Origin: Felis catus
Lineage: Eukaryota
NCBI RefSeq assembly: GCF_018350175.1
Contig: NC_058371.1
Span: forward strand, 199,330,001 to 199,394,000
DNA: 64,000 nt
Direction of reading: 5' to 3'
Shown: positions 34,725 to 49,198 of the stretch, piece by piece
Layout of the letters: the number at the start of each line of letters is the position of its first letter
How positions within the stretch are numbered: the stretch's first letter is position 1
Notes under the pieces: model-generated
Databases searched by the model: none
What the model was told of the DNA's origin: nothing
Seen by the model: the letters and a program-made list of their open reading frames with translations, nothing else
Position numbers and translations under genes: made by a program

Positions 34725-35100
34725 ACTGTTCGCAGTTATTCAGTCAAACACAAAACCAGGTGTCTCCGTGAAGATATACGTGGATGTGATTAAAGTCCAT
34801 AATCAGTCGGCTTTAAGGAAGGGACATCGCCCGAGATATTCTGGGTGGCCCTGATTCAATCAGTTGAATGATATCAAGAGTAGAATGGAAAATGAAGAAG
34901 AACTTTCCTGAAGAAGAACAATTTCTGCCTGTGGAGCAGCCTCAGCCCATCCTGTGAGTTCCTCTTTGCCTTTCCTGATGGCCTGCCCTACTCCTTTTGG
35001 ACTTTCTTGTCTGGCCTCCACAAGTGTGTCAGCCAACTCTTTATAGTGAACCCCTTACTATGTCTTTCTTCTGTCTCTTTGGTTAAACCTTTCCTGACAC
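34725..35100 (+). mobile_element. MLT2-like LTR
   Basis: GTTATTCAGTCAAACAC...GATGTGATTAAAGTCCATAATCAGT...CTGATTCAATCAGTTGAA...GGCCTGCCCTAC. Confidence 0.7.
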
Positions 35101-37294
35101 GCATGTCGTCTGCTCCATCCTGAAGTCAGGCCCCCGTGTGGTCACAAAGTGGCTGCCAATAGAGTGCAGGACACATGGTACGTCATCCCTGTCCAGAGAT
35201 GTAACGTCTGCCCCTGACTACTAAAGAAAGGCTGGAGCTGGTAGCCGACCCTGCCCTTGCTTGTCTTGTGACCTAGCACCTTGATAGCCTGGGGCTCCTT
35301 TTTTAGCACTTCTAGATAAAAAGGATGTAACCTTTTCCTTCTCGCTGTTCAGACTGGCAGATTCCGATAAGTGACGCAGGTAATAGCCAGGGGAATGCTC
35401 TTTGTTCCTGGCCCCAGGGCTGATGGGAGATTCCTGAGCCAACTCGCTGTTTTCCTGCCCCCTTGTTACTTGGCTCCGATGCAGAATCGCACCTTTCCCG
35501 AATGTTCCCTATGTTCCTGTCCTGTGTCTGCGACGGCAGCCAAGGTTGAAATGGCCGTGGCCGTTCTCACATCCCCGTTGCCTCGCGTCCAAAAGGAAGT
35601 GCCCAGGGACAGCTTCTTCAGAAAACAGAGTCTGAGATGCTAACTTCAGAGGCTAGCGTTGGAGGCCACTTCTCTGGCCAAGGGGCCACCTCTGGGTCTC
35701 CGCGCTGCCTGCCTGCGTTCTGAGGTCAGAAGCCAGGATCCGGGGACGCCCGTGCTGCCCTGACCCGGCAGTGACAGCCAGGAGGTATTTGAGGTGGGGG
35801 TAGGTTGAACGACTAGCCAGAACGTTACCCCCAGCGTTCCTGTTGATGTCAGTTTTCCTCTGATTAAAAGCAACACTTGTCCCCCTGTTTAGGTGATGTG
35901 TTTTTGAGCGTGTTACTGGTGATCTTGGCAAACCCGAGAGGAAAGTTGGCCCGCATGGTCCCGAGTGAAGGAATGAAGACAAACACTAAGGCAGGGCTTG
36001 GCTTTTGGGCAGTGAGTATAAAAAGAATCCCATGTTTTAGACAACAGACCCCTCTATAAGCCTCCAAGACATAGAATCAAATTTTAATGGGATCCAGTGT
36101 ACCGGACAAGTTCTCCCAAATGTTTTCCCCGGGCCTGTTTACGCAGCAGGGACTCAGAAGGAGTCTTTTAAGGAGAGTCCCGGTTGGCTTAGCAGAAAGA
36201 GCAGAGGCTTTGGAGTAATACGGACTTTCAGTCTCACTTCTGCAATGATGTGAACAAATGGCATTATGTGTGCAAATCTTGTCATCCCTCGTCTGCCTCT
36301 GACGCGTGGGATTTATAACATTTACTGCCGAGTTTCCGTGAAGATTAAATAAACATGAAGCAGCTGGGGTGGCTGTGGGGGCCGGGCTGTTCTTTTTCTT
36401 TATCTTTCCTTTCTTTGCTGCTTAGATAGACCTTGCTCTTTCTCTGCGTCTTGGGCCAGCTCCTACCTCGCCGCTCTGGCGCTGGTGATGGGCACGGGTG
36501 ATGGGCACGGGACCCACGTGCTTCCCTGGGGTCGATGGGCGGGGACGGGGAGAGAGCCTCTCTCTCATCCCACCGAAGTTTCCACTGTGGCCGCGGCAGC
36601 TGTGTCTCCCGCCCTGGGGCCGGGGTCTCCACCGGAGGGGCAGGTGTGGCTAGAATGTGCATGAGCAGAGCGGGCAGGTGGACGGAGGAAAAGCCTGGAC
36701 GGAGCTCCATCCCTGATCCGGTTCCAGAGGCAGAGTCCTGCGATTCCTGGGTGGACTCCGTGAGCTGCCCGGGCTCATTTTCGGCTACGGACCAAGTATC
36801 GGGTTTTGCTAGCTCTGGCTTCAGTGAGGCTTCCTCTCTGTCTCGCAGATGGAAGCGTTCTGGCTAACACAGTCCCGACCCGAGTGCCCAGCACGGCGCC
36901 GATGCTCACGACCATTGCTCTCTCTCCGTGACTCGCTACTCACGGCTGTCACGGGTGCTGGCCGCCAAGTCCGTCCAGGCTCCTCTCTCCCAGACCCACG
37001 CTGGGACTGAGCGTCCTGCCCCCTTCAAGTTGCGCGTGGCCGTGTGAGTTATTGCGTGCGTTGGCACAGAAGAGGACGCGATGGGCTTTACTTCTGGGCA
37101 GGAGCTTTAGGAGCCGGTCCATGCTGGGTGACACTCTTCCTCTCTGCTGTGGGACCGCCCGAGTCATAGATGGACGGTGGCTGTTCTCTCAGGCTCACCC
37201 CGAGGTGGAGAGGACCCAGGGCGGCAGCCCAGCCCACCGTGGTGTGGACTAATGCTTGCTTGTTACCACACAAGACCTGGCCCAGCCCGACCGC

Positions 37295-37920
37295 GGTGGG
37301 TGGGCAGAATCCTACGATGAAACCCGGCGACACCTAGGGACCCCCTCCCTTGGAGCCTGGGCAGAGCCTGGGCATAGGACCAGGCGTCACTCCCGTGGCT
37401 AGGTGAGTTACAGGGCCAAACAGGTCTTGTCGGTGTCCTGGAGGGGACTAACCAGTAGACTGTGAGCTCATCAAAAGGAAGATTACCCAGGCAGGACCGA
37501 TCTAATCACATGAACCCGCTGAAGGCAGGGAGTGTCCTCTGGTTGGTGGCCGAAGGGGAGGTCAGAGAGGTTCCAAGCGTAAGAAGGATTGGATCTGGCA
37601 TTGCTGGTTTGAAGGCAGAAAAGGAACGTGGTGGCCGTTAGGAGCAGATGGCAGCCGTGGGTGAAAGACAACAAACAGGAAGCTCAGACCTACAGCCACA
37701 GGGACTTGGGTTCTGGCGATAACCCGAATGAGCCTGGGGACAGCTTCTTCCCCAGAGGCCCCAGATGTGAGTCCCTGTCTGCGAGACCCAGTGAAGAGAT
37801 CCCAGCAGATTCCACCCAGACGTCTCTGTCCTCCTGAGCCGGGAGCTAATAAATACGGGTGTTGTTTTAAGCCTTCGACTTTGTGGGAATTTATTGCCCA
37901 GCAACGGGAAGCAAAGACAC
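37295..37920 (+). mobile_element. MLT1E/F-like MaLR LTR
   Basis: GGGCAGAATCCTACGATG...GATCTAATCACATGAACCC...TTGCTGGTTTGAAG...GGTGTTGTTTTAAGCC...TTTGTGGGAATTT. Confidence 0.7.
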
Positions 37921-40846
37921 TGAGCAGGACACTATTGTTGAAGGTAATTCATAGGGTGTTATAACTTTTCACTTAGTAACACATGTGTAATATTCCCCCC
38001 TGCTGGCTGCCTTACGATGCTTTTTCTGTCAACGTCTTTGCCAGACGCGGGCTTCCTGGTGGCCCGAGTGGAGCTGGTTCTGTCTGTATTCCCCAGGCGG
38101 AGCCCAGGCCCGGACAGGAGGCTTGGAGATGTGAGGGTGACCCTCGGCAAAACCGCGAAGCTGATGCAACTCTTCCGTCGGCTCCCACGTCCCATGGTGC
38201 CTGCGGTGGGGACCCGGGAGCGACCAACAGCAGACAGCTACAGAGCTTGCTGAACGCCCGGTGCCTGTGTTAGGGCGTCGTGACACCACGGCGATCCTCG
38301 TAAAAATCCTGCGAGGCCAGTTCTGGAATCGTCACATCCCCATGTTACGGATGAGACACTGGCAGGCGAGAGGTTAAGCAACTTGCCCAAGGTCACATAA
38401 TGAATGAATCGTGTGGTCCGCAGGCGGGTTCGAATCCGTGTTCCTACACACCTTCCTACACCACCGCCCGAGAGAAGGGCCTTGGTAAATATTTGTTGAG
38501 GGGCAGAGAAAAGGCAAGAAGGAAGAAGATTGTTTACTGAGATGCCAACAAGCTGTGTGACATGGGGCAGCCCCCCACCCTATCTTGGAACCTCGATTTC
38601 CTCGAGAAATGAGGGGTGACTTCATTTAAGGTGACGTTTGGGATTTTTCTCCATTCCAAATGAGGTGATTCACTGCTTACCAGGGGCCTCTCTGCCCCGG
38701 GCCATAAGGCTCCTGTCCCCTGCCTTGCAAGGCACTTGACCCCCCTGGCTGTCAGTGTCCTCAGCCCCCACACAGAGGCGGACGTGAGGATTCAGGCACA
38801 ATGGGGGACGCTCCCTCAAGAGTCCTCTCCCTCCCCAGACGCTGTCTCTAGAGCACTTGGAAAATTCCCTGCTGCTAAAGGACAGCACATTGTATGAGAG
38901 CACGTTGTGTTACCTTCAGAGGCCCGGATTTCCCCTGTGGTTTTGTCCATAGGACCCTGAATGCTTCACTTAATACATTCCCCCCCCCCCCAACAAATGA
39001 ACAGAACTGACTCAGCTAGACAGGGAACTGGTTATATTGAGGGCTCCTGGTCTACGGAAAATCTATACCTCAGTTTCCATCGCTAACGGTTCCTTTTATA
39101 ATGAAGGAGGACCCATTGCCTGTGCAATGCAGCGAACATTTCTAGAGCTACGCTAGATTCCCCCGTACCTGTGAAAAAAAAACTTTTTCTATCGTGGTAA
39201 AATCTACCTCAGGTAACTTTTTTACCCTTTTAACCGTTTTGAAGCGAGCGGGTCAGGGGTATTAGGCAGTTTGTCACCGTGGTGTGGCCATCCACCTCCA
39301 GAACTTACTTTCCCAGCTGCCCAGACTCAAACTCTGAGCCCCCAGGGGGCCCTCCCCCCCCCCGCCCCAGCTCCTGGTACCCACCACTCGGCGTTTCTCT
39401 GAGAGGCCCCGCTTGATTTGGAGGTTTGAACGCAAACCGGAGGGCCCGACTCCGGGCTCACACGCCAGAACTGGGGGGCCCGGCGCGTTTCTGGCTCGCA
39501 GAGGGGGCTCCGTGCCCCGCGTGGCTTTTACTCTCTGGCTACCTGACTCGACCTCTCTGTTTCCTTGCCTGTGGACAACGCTGGTGGCCTCCAGGGCTAA
39601 GAGAGGATTAAATGGTCAACTATGCCAAGCCCTTAGCCCGCCGTAGAGTAAGCAGTGTGGGTTGGCCACGGTTATAATTTATGGGACTTTCAGCTCCAGA
39701 AACACGGTGTGCATGCAATACACGCATACAGCTGGGACCCCTCTCCACCCCAGGAAGCGGCCAAGGATGTGGGCCTAGTGGAGGACCAGGCATACGGGGG
39801 CGCTGAAGGAATACACGATGCCCTTTATTGCGCACACACTCCCCGCCCCTGCCCCGACGTGGCAGGCCACTTGGAGTCCCGCGTCCCCATCGCCAGCAGG
39901 AGCCTGCATCACCAGCCGGGCCTGGGCCCCCCCGCACCCCCTCTGCCTTCCAGTTCCCGGGGCCTCCAGCTTCTGTGGAGTCAGGCTTCCTCCCTCGGGA
40001 AGCTCTCTGAGTGCTTTGGCCTGTCTCCCTCCAGGAAGCCTCGCAGCCAACACGGCCCAGGCAGGAAGCGAGTGAGCGTAAGTCAGCTCTGGGGCGGAAA
40101 GCGTTCCAGCCCCTTCGAAACCATTTCAGAAACTGGCTGAGCCTCCTGGCTGCTGGCACGGCGAGCCCACCGGTGAGCCGTGTCAAGGATGCCCGCCTCC
40201 TTTTCCTCTTTCTCTTGAATAGTTCCCTTTTTCCTTCACGATGAGGCCCTCGTCTCCGCGAGCGGGGCTTGCTCAGGGCACAGCGCGAGGGAAGGAAGAG
40301 GGCAGACTCTGTGTGTGAGGCTTTTGGATGCTTCTCCGGGACTTTCTCCCTCCACAGCCCGCCTGAGAGCTGAGCACCCCATCCCCGTGGACAGTCAGAG
40401 CTCTGAGGCTCAAAGTCGCGCTGGTGGCGACCCGTGAGCTGCTGACAAAACCCGGGCCTTCCGAATCCCAGAGCGGATGCTCTTTATGGGTGGTCTATGC
40501 ACTATCTTCATTTGCACGTGGTGTCTACGCATCACTGGTGTCTAAAAGGTACGGGGTGTTTTGTGAATTGAGAAAAAGTCACTGTGGCACAGGAGAGGCA
40601 GGGCCCTAAGCACGCTATAAAATTGTACCATCGAGACGTTTCGGAACAAAGACGGGAAAAGGCAAAAAAAGGCAGATTGAGGAGTATGTTTCCAGACCGG
40701 TCACGGAGATCTCACACTGTTTACGTTGCTTTTCCTAATTGCATTTCATCTTGCTGGGGCGTCAGACTCTTGTTTGTTGCTAATTCATTCGTTCAGTAGG
40801 TAATTGTTCCATAGCAACCATGCCTCTTACAACTACAGAGTTGGTC

Positions 40847-41063
40847 TTTTTTTTTTTTTTTTTTTTTTTACATTTATTTATGAAAGAAAGAGAGGGAGAG
40901 AGCGAGGGAGGGGCAGAGGGAGAGGGAGAGAGAGAATCCCAAGCAGGCTCCGTGCTGACAGTGCAGAGCCCGATGCGGGGCTCGAACCCACACACAGCAA
41001 GATCATGACCTGAGCCAAAATCAAGAGTCGGACCCTTAACGGACTGAGCCACCTAGGTGCCCC
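40847..41063 (-). mobile_element. Can-SINE
   Basis: Long T-tract and reverse body. Confidence 0.92.
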
Positions 41064-41146
41064 TGGAATTGGTGTTTTGAGAGAGGAGCCAGAAAATGTA
41101 TGGAAATTATTAGTCTTACGGAGGGCACTATAATAATATCCTCTTA

Positions 41147-41370
41147 TTTAAAAAAGATTTTTTAATGTTTATTTATTTTTTTGAGAGAGAGACAGAGACA
41201 AAGTGTGAGCGAGGGAGGGGCAGAGAGAGAGGGAGACACAGAATCCGAAGCAGGCTCCGGGCTCTGAGCTGTCAGCGCAGAGCCCGATGTGGGGCTCGAA
41301 CCCACGAACCGTGAGATCATGACCTGAGCAAAAGTCGAATGGTCAACCGACCGAGCCACTCAGGTGCCCC
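41147..41370 (-). mobile_element. Can-SINE
   Basis: Reverse full-length copy. Confidence 0.92.
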
Positions 41371-43030
41371 ATTATACTATTCTCTTATACATGGGTATCA
41401 AAAGTGTATAAAACACACCTCTCAAAGGTATCATTTTCCCTCTGACACCTGGGCTTCTGACATGCTGTTCCTGTGCCTGGAAAGCCGTTCCCGGCAACCA
41501 GACTCAGACTCCTGGGCATCTGGATCCTCCTTTTCCTGACAAGGCATTTTCTGACCTTAAATAGGACGAGCCACCTGCTGTGTTCTCCCCTAGATTCGGG
41601 CACTTCCCTGTCCTAGTGCGAGTCACGGACCTTTTCTTGTTTACAATTCTGTACCAGCACACCTACGCTGCTTCCAGCTGGGTTCTGAGCACCCAACACA
41701 GGGATCCACCCCAGGAATGGCCCAGGTGCTCCCTCCCTGCCAAAGAAGAATGAGTAACAGAACAGGCTTTACCAATAGCCTTCGGAAGCACCACGCCCCT
41801 ACGGGGCTTCCCCACACAGCTTTCTCGTTTTCGCTACCCACGTCGCCCTGGTTTCCCCTGACGCTTGCTAAAACTTGATCCTCACCCCGAAAAACAACTT
41901 GGTGTCGTGTCAGGTGTTCTCCCGGGGGATCTTCACATTTTCCTGCTCGAACCATCCTTCAAACACACGCAAAGCTGTCCTCCTAGGCTCATACTGCTTC
42001 AGCCGGTTCTTGAGTTGGCCGCTGCCCTTGACCTGACGCCAGAGGGGACTCCTGGGTTCTCCTCCCAGGCCCCATCCTCCGACTCTGGTTCTAGACGCAT
42101 TTTGCAGCCTCATCACGGGAGTCTTAACATTAAGCTCGGAAACACAGGGCATAGTCAACTTTTTTGTCTGCTGGAGTCAGTTTTCTTCCCACTGGTCAGC
42201 AGAGTGGCCCCCTTCCACTGACGCTAAACGCACACCTTTGTGGTTAGACATGAATTCGGTTATAGAGTCCCAGGAGCACCTCCACAGACCTCTCAAAACT
42301 TCTGCTTCCCTTTACACATGCCCCCGGGGAGAGACCTGAGCACGTGGCTGAGCACAGGGTGGGGGGTCGGGACCCCGACGGCCTCGTCTCCATCACTCGC
42401 CAGCTCGGGGATTTCAGAGCAAAGCTCCTCGTGTCACAAGCAGATTGCGAGCCCCACACGCCTTTCCCTCTTGATCTGATTTACAGGAGCTGGCAGGGGC
42501 CACTTCATGGTGGGTCACCACCCTTGTTCACCGGAGAAGTGGCGGGTGAGCCGGTTCCTGAGTCGCGCTGTTCACACCTTAAAGGTGGGAAAGCAGTCTT
42601 TTTACAGGACGGTTACAACAATCACGTGAATGTTCATAACGAGCTTCTTATGATGCTCAGCATGCGATGCTTGCTCAGTGAATGGGAAAATGGTGGCTAA
42701 TGTTCTCAGTTCCTTGTAGGGACCAGAGCAGTGAGAGCATGCCAGGCAGACAGGAGGGAGAGGGGACAAGGCTCCCTGTGTGCATTGGGCCTGACTGTGG
42801 GGTGTCCCCACGGCTGCAGGCAGGTAGAGGAGGAAGTCTACACGTTGTCAGGGTAGGGGAGTAGAATGGGGGCATTTCCAGATGGCTGAGCTGGGCCTTG
42901 GGGGGTGGGTAGGGGTCCCTGGTGGCTTGCAATCCTCTTGGGAATTTCCCGCGTGTGATCTGAAACATGGAGGGCGGGGACAGATGGAAGAGGCGGGCCA
43001 CTCCAGGTTTTGTTTTAGGTGGCAGGATTT

Positions 43031-43258
43031 TGTTTTTTAATGTTTACTTATTTACTTGGAGAGAGAGAGAGAGAGGGAGAGGGAGAACATGAGCAGGGGA
43101 GGGGCAGAGAGAGAGAGAGAGAGAGAGAGAATCCCAAGCAGGTTCCATGCTGTCAACCTAGAGCCTGACACAGGGCTCGAACCCACAAACCATGAGATCA
43201 TGACCTGAGCCAAAATCAAGAGTCAGACACTTAAGTGACTGAGCCACCTAGGTGCCCC
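43031..43258 (-). mobile_element. Can-SINE
   Basis: Reverse copy with long (GA)n. Confidence 0.92.
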
Positions 43259-43725
43259 AGTAGGCGGCCGTTTGAATAAGCCGGGGAACTTCCATATGAT
43301 GCTTGTCTTGGGCAGCAGCGAGACAAATGGACCCCTGCACCCACCCATCAAATCTTAAGTTTATTTAACTAGGTTCAGTCACATATACCGTGCAGGTATT
43401 CTCAACACAGCATCACTATGTCAAAGCTTTATCGTTGGAGTAGCCTCTGGGAACAGAGCAGGGAAAGCAAGAGGAACCCACATTTCAAGGACAGGGGAGG
43501 GGGTGACAAGCCTCTGAGTGTCCCGGGCCAGTTCATGGGCCAACAGTGATCATTCTTCTCAGCAACCTTCCCTATAGCCCCCCAGTCAGGGCAGAGGGGC
43601 TGGCCATTCCCAGCAGATACTTGGACTCATATTCACTGAGCTAAGGATCTTTGAAAATATTTGTATTCAAAGTGTACAAAATTACCACGTATTTGCGTGA
43701 GAAACACAAATTCATGTAATTGTAA

Positions 43726-43960
43726 TTTTTTATGATTTATTTATTTCTTTTATTTTTTTAACATTTATTTATTTTTGAGAGACAGAACAAGACAGAGCAC
43801 AAGTGGGGGAGTGGAAGGGGGGAGAGACACAGAATCTGAAGTGGGCTCAAGGCTCTGAGCTGTCAGCACAGAGCCCAAGGCAGGGCTTGAACCCACCAAC
43901 CGTGAGATCATGACCTGAGCCGCAGTCAGATGCTTAACCGACTGAGCCACCCAGGTGCCC
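43726..43960 (-). mobile_element. Can-SINE
   Basis: Reverse copy; TTGTAA..TTTT TSD-like flanks. Confidence 0.9.
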
Positions 43961-44081
43961 TTGTAAAATTTTTAAAAAATTACTCTCCATGAATGTTTTC
44001 AAAGTTTTACTTTTCTCCTATAATTCTCAAAATTGTCTATTAAAATTGAAAGGCAGAAAGTCCATTAAATGAAAGAATAAA

Positions 44082-44309
44082 ATTTTTATTTTATTTTTTT
44101 AAATTATTTTTTAAATGTTTATTTAAGAGAGAGAGAGAGAGCACATGAGCAGGGGAGGGGCAGGCAGAGGGGAAGAGAGAGAATCCCAAGCAGGCTCTGC
44201 ACCATTAACACAGAGCTCGACGTGGGGCTCGAGCTCATGAACCGTGAAATCATGACCTGCGCTGAATCAAGAGTTGAACGCTTAACCTACAGAGCCACCC
44301 AGGCGCCCC
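44082..44309 (-). mobile_element. Can-SINE
   Basis: TSD AAGAATAAAAATTTT. Confidence 0.92.
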
Positions 44310-44473
44310 AAGAATAAAAATTTTAAGTAAAAATTTTGTCAATCAAAATTGATTCATTACTTTGAAAATGTAACGAAATCTCACTGAATACGTTTATAAA
44401 ACGAAACTTTTCAGTAGGTAGTGATTCAAGCGTTCAATGCCCATCTAGTTGCCAACATAAAGAATCTGGATCA

Positions 44474-44694
44474 GGGGCGCCTGGGTGGCTCAGTCGGTTG
44501 AGCGGCCGACTTCGGCTCAGGTCACGATCTCGCAGTCCGTGAGTTCGAGCCCCGCGTCGGGCTCTGTGCTGACAGCTCGGAGCCTGGATCCTGTTTCAGA
44601 TTCTGTGTCTCCCTCTCTCTGACCCTCCCCCGTTCATGCTCTGTCTCTCTCTGTCTCAAAAAAAAAAAAAAAGTTAATAAAAAAAATAAAAAAA
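44474..44694 (+). mobile_element. Can-SINE
   Basis: TSD GAATCTGGA; long A tail. Confidence 0.93.
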
Positions 44695-46494
44695 GGAATC
44701 TGGAGCACCCTTCAAACAAATTATACCTACACTTACACATACCCAGATATAAGCGTAAGATGAATTTTAATAATGCAAAATGTTCCTGAACCATCCGGCC
44801 AGTTGTGGCTCGGTCCTGGCCGATGCATGAGTGCTTCTGGGTCTGCTTCTTGGAACCAAAAGGAAACAAGGAAAAGTTACCCCGCACTGAAGGAAAACAC
44901 TGCTTTGTTGTACAGGAATCTTGTTGTGCCCTCCAGAGCAGAGAGTCCGCACGTTAAACTAATTTATCTTTTCTTGAGACAAAATCCTTGGGCTGCTCCA
45001 ATCCTCCTTACATTTCAAAGCGGTCTCTGCCTCTCACAAATCTTGGAAGCATTTGGGTGCAGCCACACTCTGCGTTTAGGAGACGACGCTGGAGATGCCC
45101 AGAAGCGTTTCCAGGTTCCTGCTGCGTGTTTAGGACTGCGGCATGCTGTGTCAGATCCCGAGTGACCGAGGCCCCCGCAAGTTCCTTAACATGCCGAGAG
45201 TGTGTCTGTGATTTGCAGGCCCTCTGAAGGGGGGGGGGCAGCGCAGGAACCCCTCTTGTCTTGGCCGAAGGGGATGCCTTCTTTTTTGCTAGATTCTGAT
45301 GGAGGGTAGTTACTGTATCCCTAGATCAGTCTATTTCAGCTTAACTGGGTGATAAGCGTGATTGGTTTGTCAAAAATAAACAAACAAAAAAGGCTATTTT
45401 CTACCCTCGCCTTTAGAGTGTAAACTCTAAGAAGGAAGATTTTGTTCTGCTTTCTTCCCCCCCTTGAACAGCCTGTAGCAAGACCTTGAAGAATATACAG
45501 TGGATGACTGCACAAATACACAAAGTATCTCGATGGCTCACCATGTGCCAAGGTGTGACGGCCGCTTAGGACCCCACGCAAAGCCTGGCATAGCCCAGAA
45601 CGTGAGAAAGGGTCAAATACATTATCCCCACCGTGGAGGAGTTGCCGTTTTCCTTGTCTTGCGCACAAAAGAGCCATGGAGGTCAGGGTCCTTCCGTTGG
45701 AGGGGAGACGCGGTCCAGCTGCCCAGTAGAGGACCCTGGCTCAGCACACCTCTCTGAGGATGTCACCTCTCCGGGCTGACCTTGGCTTTGTAAGTTTCTC
45801 TTTCTCCAATAAGGTCTGTTCCTTCACCCACACCACGTAGCTTTGTGGAACTTGTCCAAAACCTAGGTACACAACCTTTAGGATCTACTTGGTATAACGG
45901 TCTGTCCATCATCAACCCCCCCCCACCCATCTTATCTACCGTCTCAAGAATTGAAGAAGCAAATGCTCTTCAAGAACTTAGGCTAGTGGTGCAGGGGGCA
46001 AGTGTGTAAGGCTGCACATTCTAGACAGCATGATAAATTCTGTAATATGGAGGTGAGCACGGTCTGGGGGGAAGCCATGAATTGGAGACAAGGACTTACT
46101 CTGTCCAGGTCAATCTGACAGGGCCTCACCAAGGGGGTGATATCTGAGTGTTCGCACCTGGACACCTTCTTTTCCTTGGTTCACTCCCTTATTCCCCTGT
46201 GAGGGTTTTCTGGGGTCACCTCCCCAATAAAACACTACATTCACGTCCTCTTTTCAGGATTGTTTCCTGGGGAACTGGCCTAAGACTTACTGTTTCTTAA
46301 ACACCAAATTGATGTCATGGCCAACAGAGTGCCATCATCGAGAGCTGTGCTGCAGAAATCCAGTTTGGAGAACACCTCTAAAGACCTTCCTGCCTGTAAC
46401 ACTTCTTACTGTGCAAGGCAGGGGACCAGGCCATGCTAAGGGGCTGGGTTTAAGTTCAGACTCCGTATCCGACCAGCTGCGTGACCTTGAGTGA

Positions 46495-46909
46495 TGTATT
46501 TGTCTCCAGTGGCTGCCATAAAAGTCCCACAACCTGGTATAAAAACTTATTTTCCTGCAGCTCTGGATGACGTGAGTCCAAAATTAAAATGTCAGTAGAG
46601 TTGGCTCCTTCCGGAGGTTTCTGAGGGCGAATCTGTTGCGTGCTTCTCCCCCAGCTTCTGGTGGCCGTTGGCAATCTTTGATATTTGTTGGCTTGTAGAT
46701 ACATCACTCCAGTCTCTGCCTCTGTCTTCACACGGACTTCTCCCTGTGTGTCTCTATCCCTTAATTTCCCTCTTACAAGAATGGTCATTGGATCAGACCT
46801 CAATCCAGTACAACTGCCAAGACCCTATTCCCAAATAAGGTTACATTTATAGGTTCCAGGTCCTAGGACTTGAACATATCTTTTAGAGGGCACAACTCAA
46901 CCTTTAACA
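46495..46909 (-). mobile_element. MLT1C-like MaLR solo LTR
   Basis: GGCTGCCATAA...CCAGCTTCTGGTGGCCGTTGGCAATC...GGCTTGTAGATACATCACTCCAGTCTCTGCCTC...CCAAATAAGGT...GGACTTGAACATATC. Confidence 0.8.
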
Positions 46910-47620
46910 GGCAAATTGCCTAACCTCTCTGGATTCACTTTCCTGTTTGGTAAAACAGGGGTGAAAATAGGCTGTTAAGAGGATTGAATGCTGAAATATG
47001 TGTCAAATGCTTAGCTCGGATCCTGGCACACATTAAGCACTTGGTCAGTGGCGGCTGGGATCACTGGTGAGTGAAGGTGTCAGCCAGAACGTCCAGAGCC
47101 CTGGGTCTACCAGATGGTCCCAGATCTTTCTAAGGCTTTGCAATAAATGAGCTGTCATGTCAGGGGCTGTCACACAGACATGTAGCTCGTATAGGTCAGC
47201 ACTGTCATGAATGATGATGGAAAAGCTCAAGGGTTCCCTTCTTTGAGTTGGGAAATGGGGTTCAAAAAGGAAGAGCTGGAGTTCGTTCCCAAATAGTCTT
47301 GGAGGCTTAGCCGAGGTTCACATGGAGAGAAAAAGGCATAGAACTGGGATCAAAGTGGTCAGGGTTTGAACTCTGTGCAGCCATTTACTGGGTTTGTGCA
47401 CTTGGGCTAAAAGCACCCCCGGACCCTGGCTCCTTCCCCTCCCACACCTGTGATACATCATCCATTCCATTATTCTCAGGCGGCCATCAGCCTATACATT
47501 GTTCTAATTACTTCTTTCAACAAACAGTGCCTTTTCAGATCAATGAAGAATAAGGAAAGTAAAAGATTTTGTGGGTTTTTTTTTTATCATTCGTTCCTTC
47601 TTCAATCTTCTTCATTTCTT

Positions 47621-47853
47621 TCTTTTTTTAAAAAAAAAATTATGTTTATTCACTTTTGAGAGACAGAGGAAGACAGAGCACAAGCAGCGGTGGGGCAGAG
47701 AGAGAGAGAGAGAGGGAGGCACAGAGTCGGAAGCAGGCTCCAGGCTCTGAGCTGTCAGCACAGAGCCCAGCCCAGGGCTTGAACTCATGAACCGCGAGAT
47801 CGTGACCTGAGCTGAAGTCGGACGCTCAACTGACTGGGTCACCCAGGCGCCCC
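47621..47853 (-). mobile_element. Can-SINE inside an old L1 fragment
   Basis: TSD TTCTTCATTTCTTT; flanks carry L1-like GCAGGTCTGCTGGTGATGAATTCCCTCAGTTTTTG. Confidence 0.9.
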
Positions 47854-49198
47854 TTCTTCATTTCTTTATGTAGAACTGGGTTTCTGACCTATAATATTTT
47901 CCTTCTCCGTGAAGATCTTCTTTTAACATATTGTGTAGGGCAGGTCTGCTGGTGATGAATTCCCTCAGTTTTTGTTCATCGGAGAAAGTCTACTTCCTTC
48001 GCTTTTGAGGGATAATTTTGCTAGCTATGGAATTCTTGGTCGGTGTGGGTGGGAAATGCAGAAAAGCATGAACAAATTGGAGGCCACTGCCGCAACCATC
48101 TACCTACTTAACCCCTAATGGCCCGTGCCTTGATCATCACAGGATTTGGGGCTCTGCGTTGTGGATGTGCCTGCAACTCGACATATGTCATAGCGGTAGC
48201 TGCCCAGGACCTTTTGAATGGGGGCAGGAAACTTCCCCTTTATGAATCCTGCTTATGTCTCCAGCAGAGAATCAGAATTCCATTTCCCAGCTCCCCTTGC
48301 AGCTAGGATGGAGGCATGTGACCAGATCCCACCAATCAGGACCAACCAAAGGAGAGTTGACTTCAGAAGAAAGAAAATGGCGGCAGTAGTTGTACCTTCT
48401 ATTCAGCGTCTCCAATGCCAGAGCCTGGACGCAATGGGCTCGTGTTTGTAGCCTGTTCAATGGCGTGTGACAATCATGGCTCCTGGCTGCTTGGTGCCCT
48501 GGTCAATTCTCTCGGCATCCCAGCAGTTACGTAAGCTAATGACTATCCTTCAATACTTTCCTTTTATGCTTATGGGACCTTGGGTTCGCTCTGTTCTTTG
48601 TGACAAAGAATCCTGATAGTGTGCTTGTCTGCAAGTGTAACTTTGTCACCTGTGACAAATACCCTCCCTGCCTATCTCAAAGGTTTGTGTAATTACAATA
48701 TAACGCATGCTAAAGCCACCTGGAAGCAGCTAGGTGCAAGAAGCCAAGGGACCGTGTGTGTTTTATTCCTCACCGAATGCCCAGCACTTAGCATAGCGCT
48801 TGGAAGGTGTAGGTGTCCCATGAATACTGGCTGAAAAAGAAATGCCATAACCCCCACAACTCACGCTGGTAAGAATCATCCTGAACACCCTGCTTCTTCT
48901 CCACACAGCAGGCCCCTTACGGCTCTGATTATGTGAATTGGGTCCAGGTGTCTCTGAAGTCAGAAAATAAACTCCCCAAGTTTGGGCCAGACTAGAAGAT
49001 GGTGATGCGTCTTGATGAGCAATCAGGTGGACCTTGAACAAGGAGGATCAGGTTCTGCCGGCACCAATTCATTCAAGGACAGAAGGAACTGAAGCTTGCA
49101 GCTGGCATTTTGAGGCGAAAGCTTCTAAAATTCCTGTTGACGGTCACGGAAATACTGGTTTACGGTTATACATTCAATACCACGGCAAGGGGGGCATT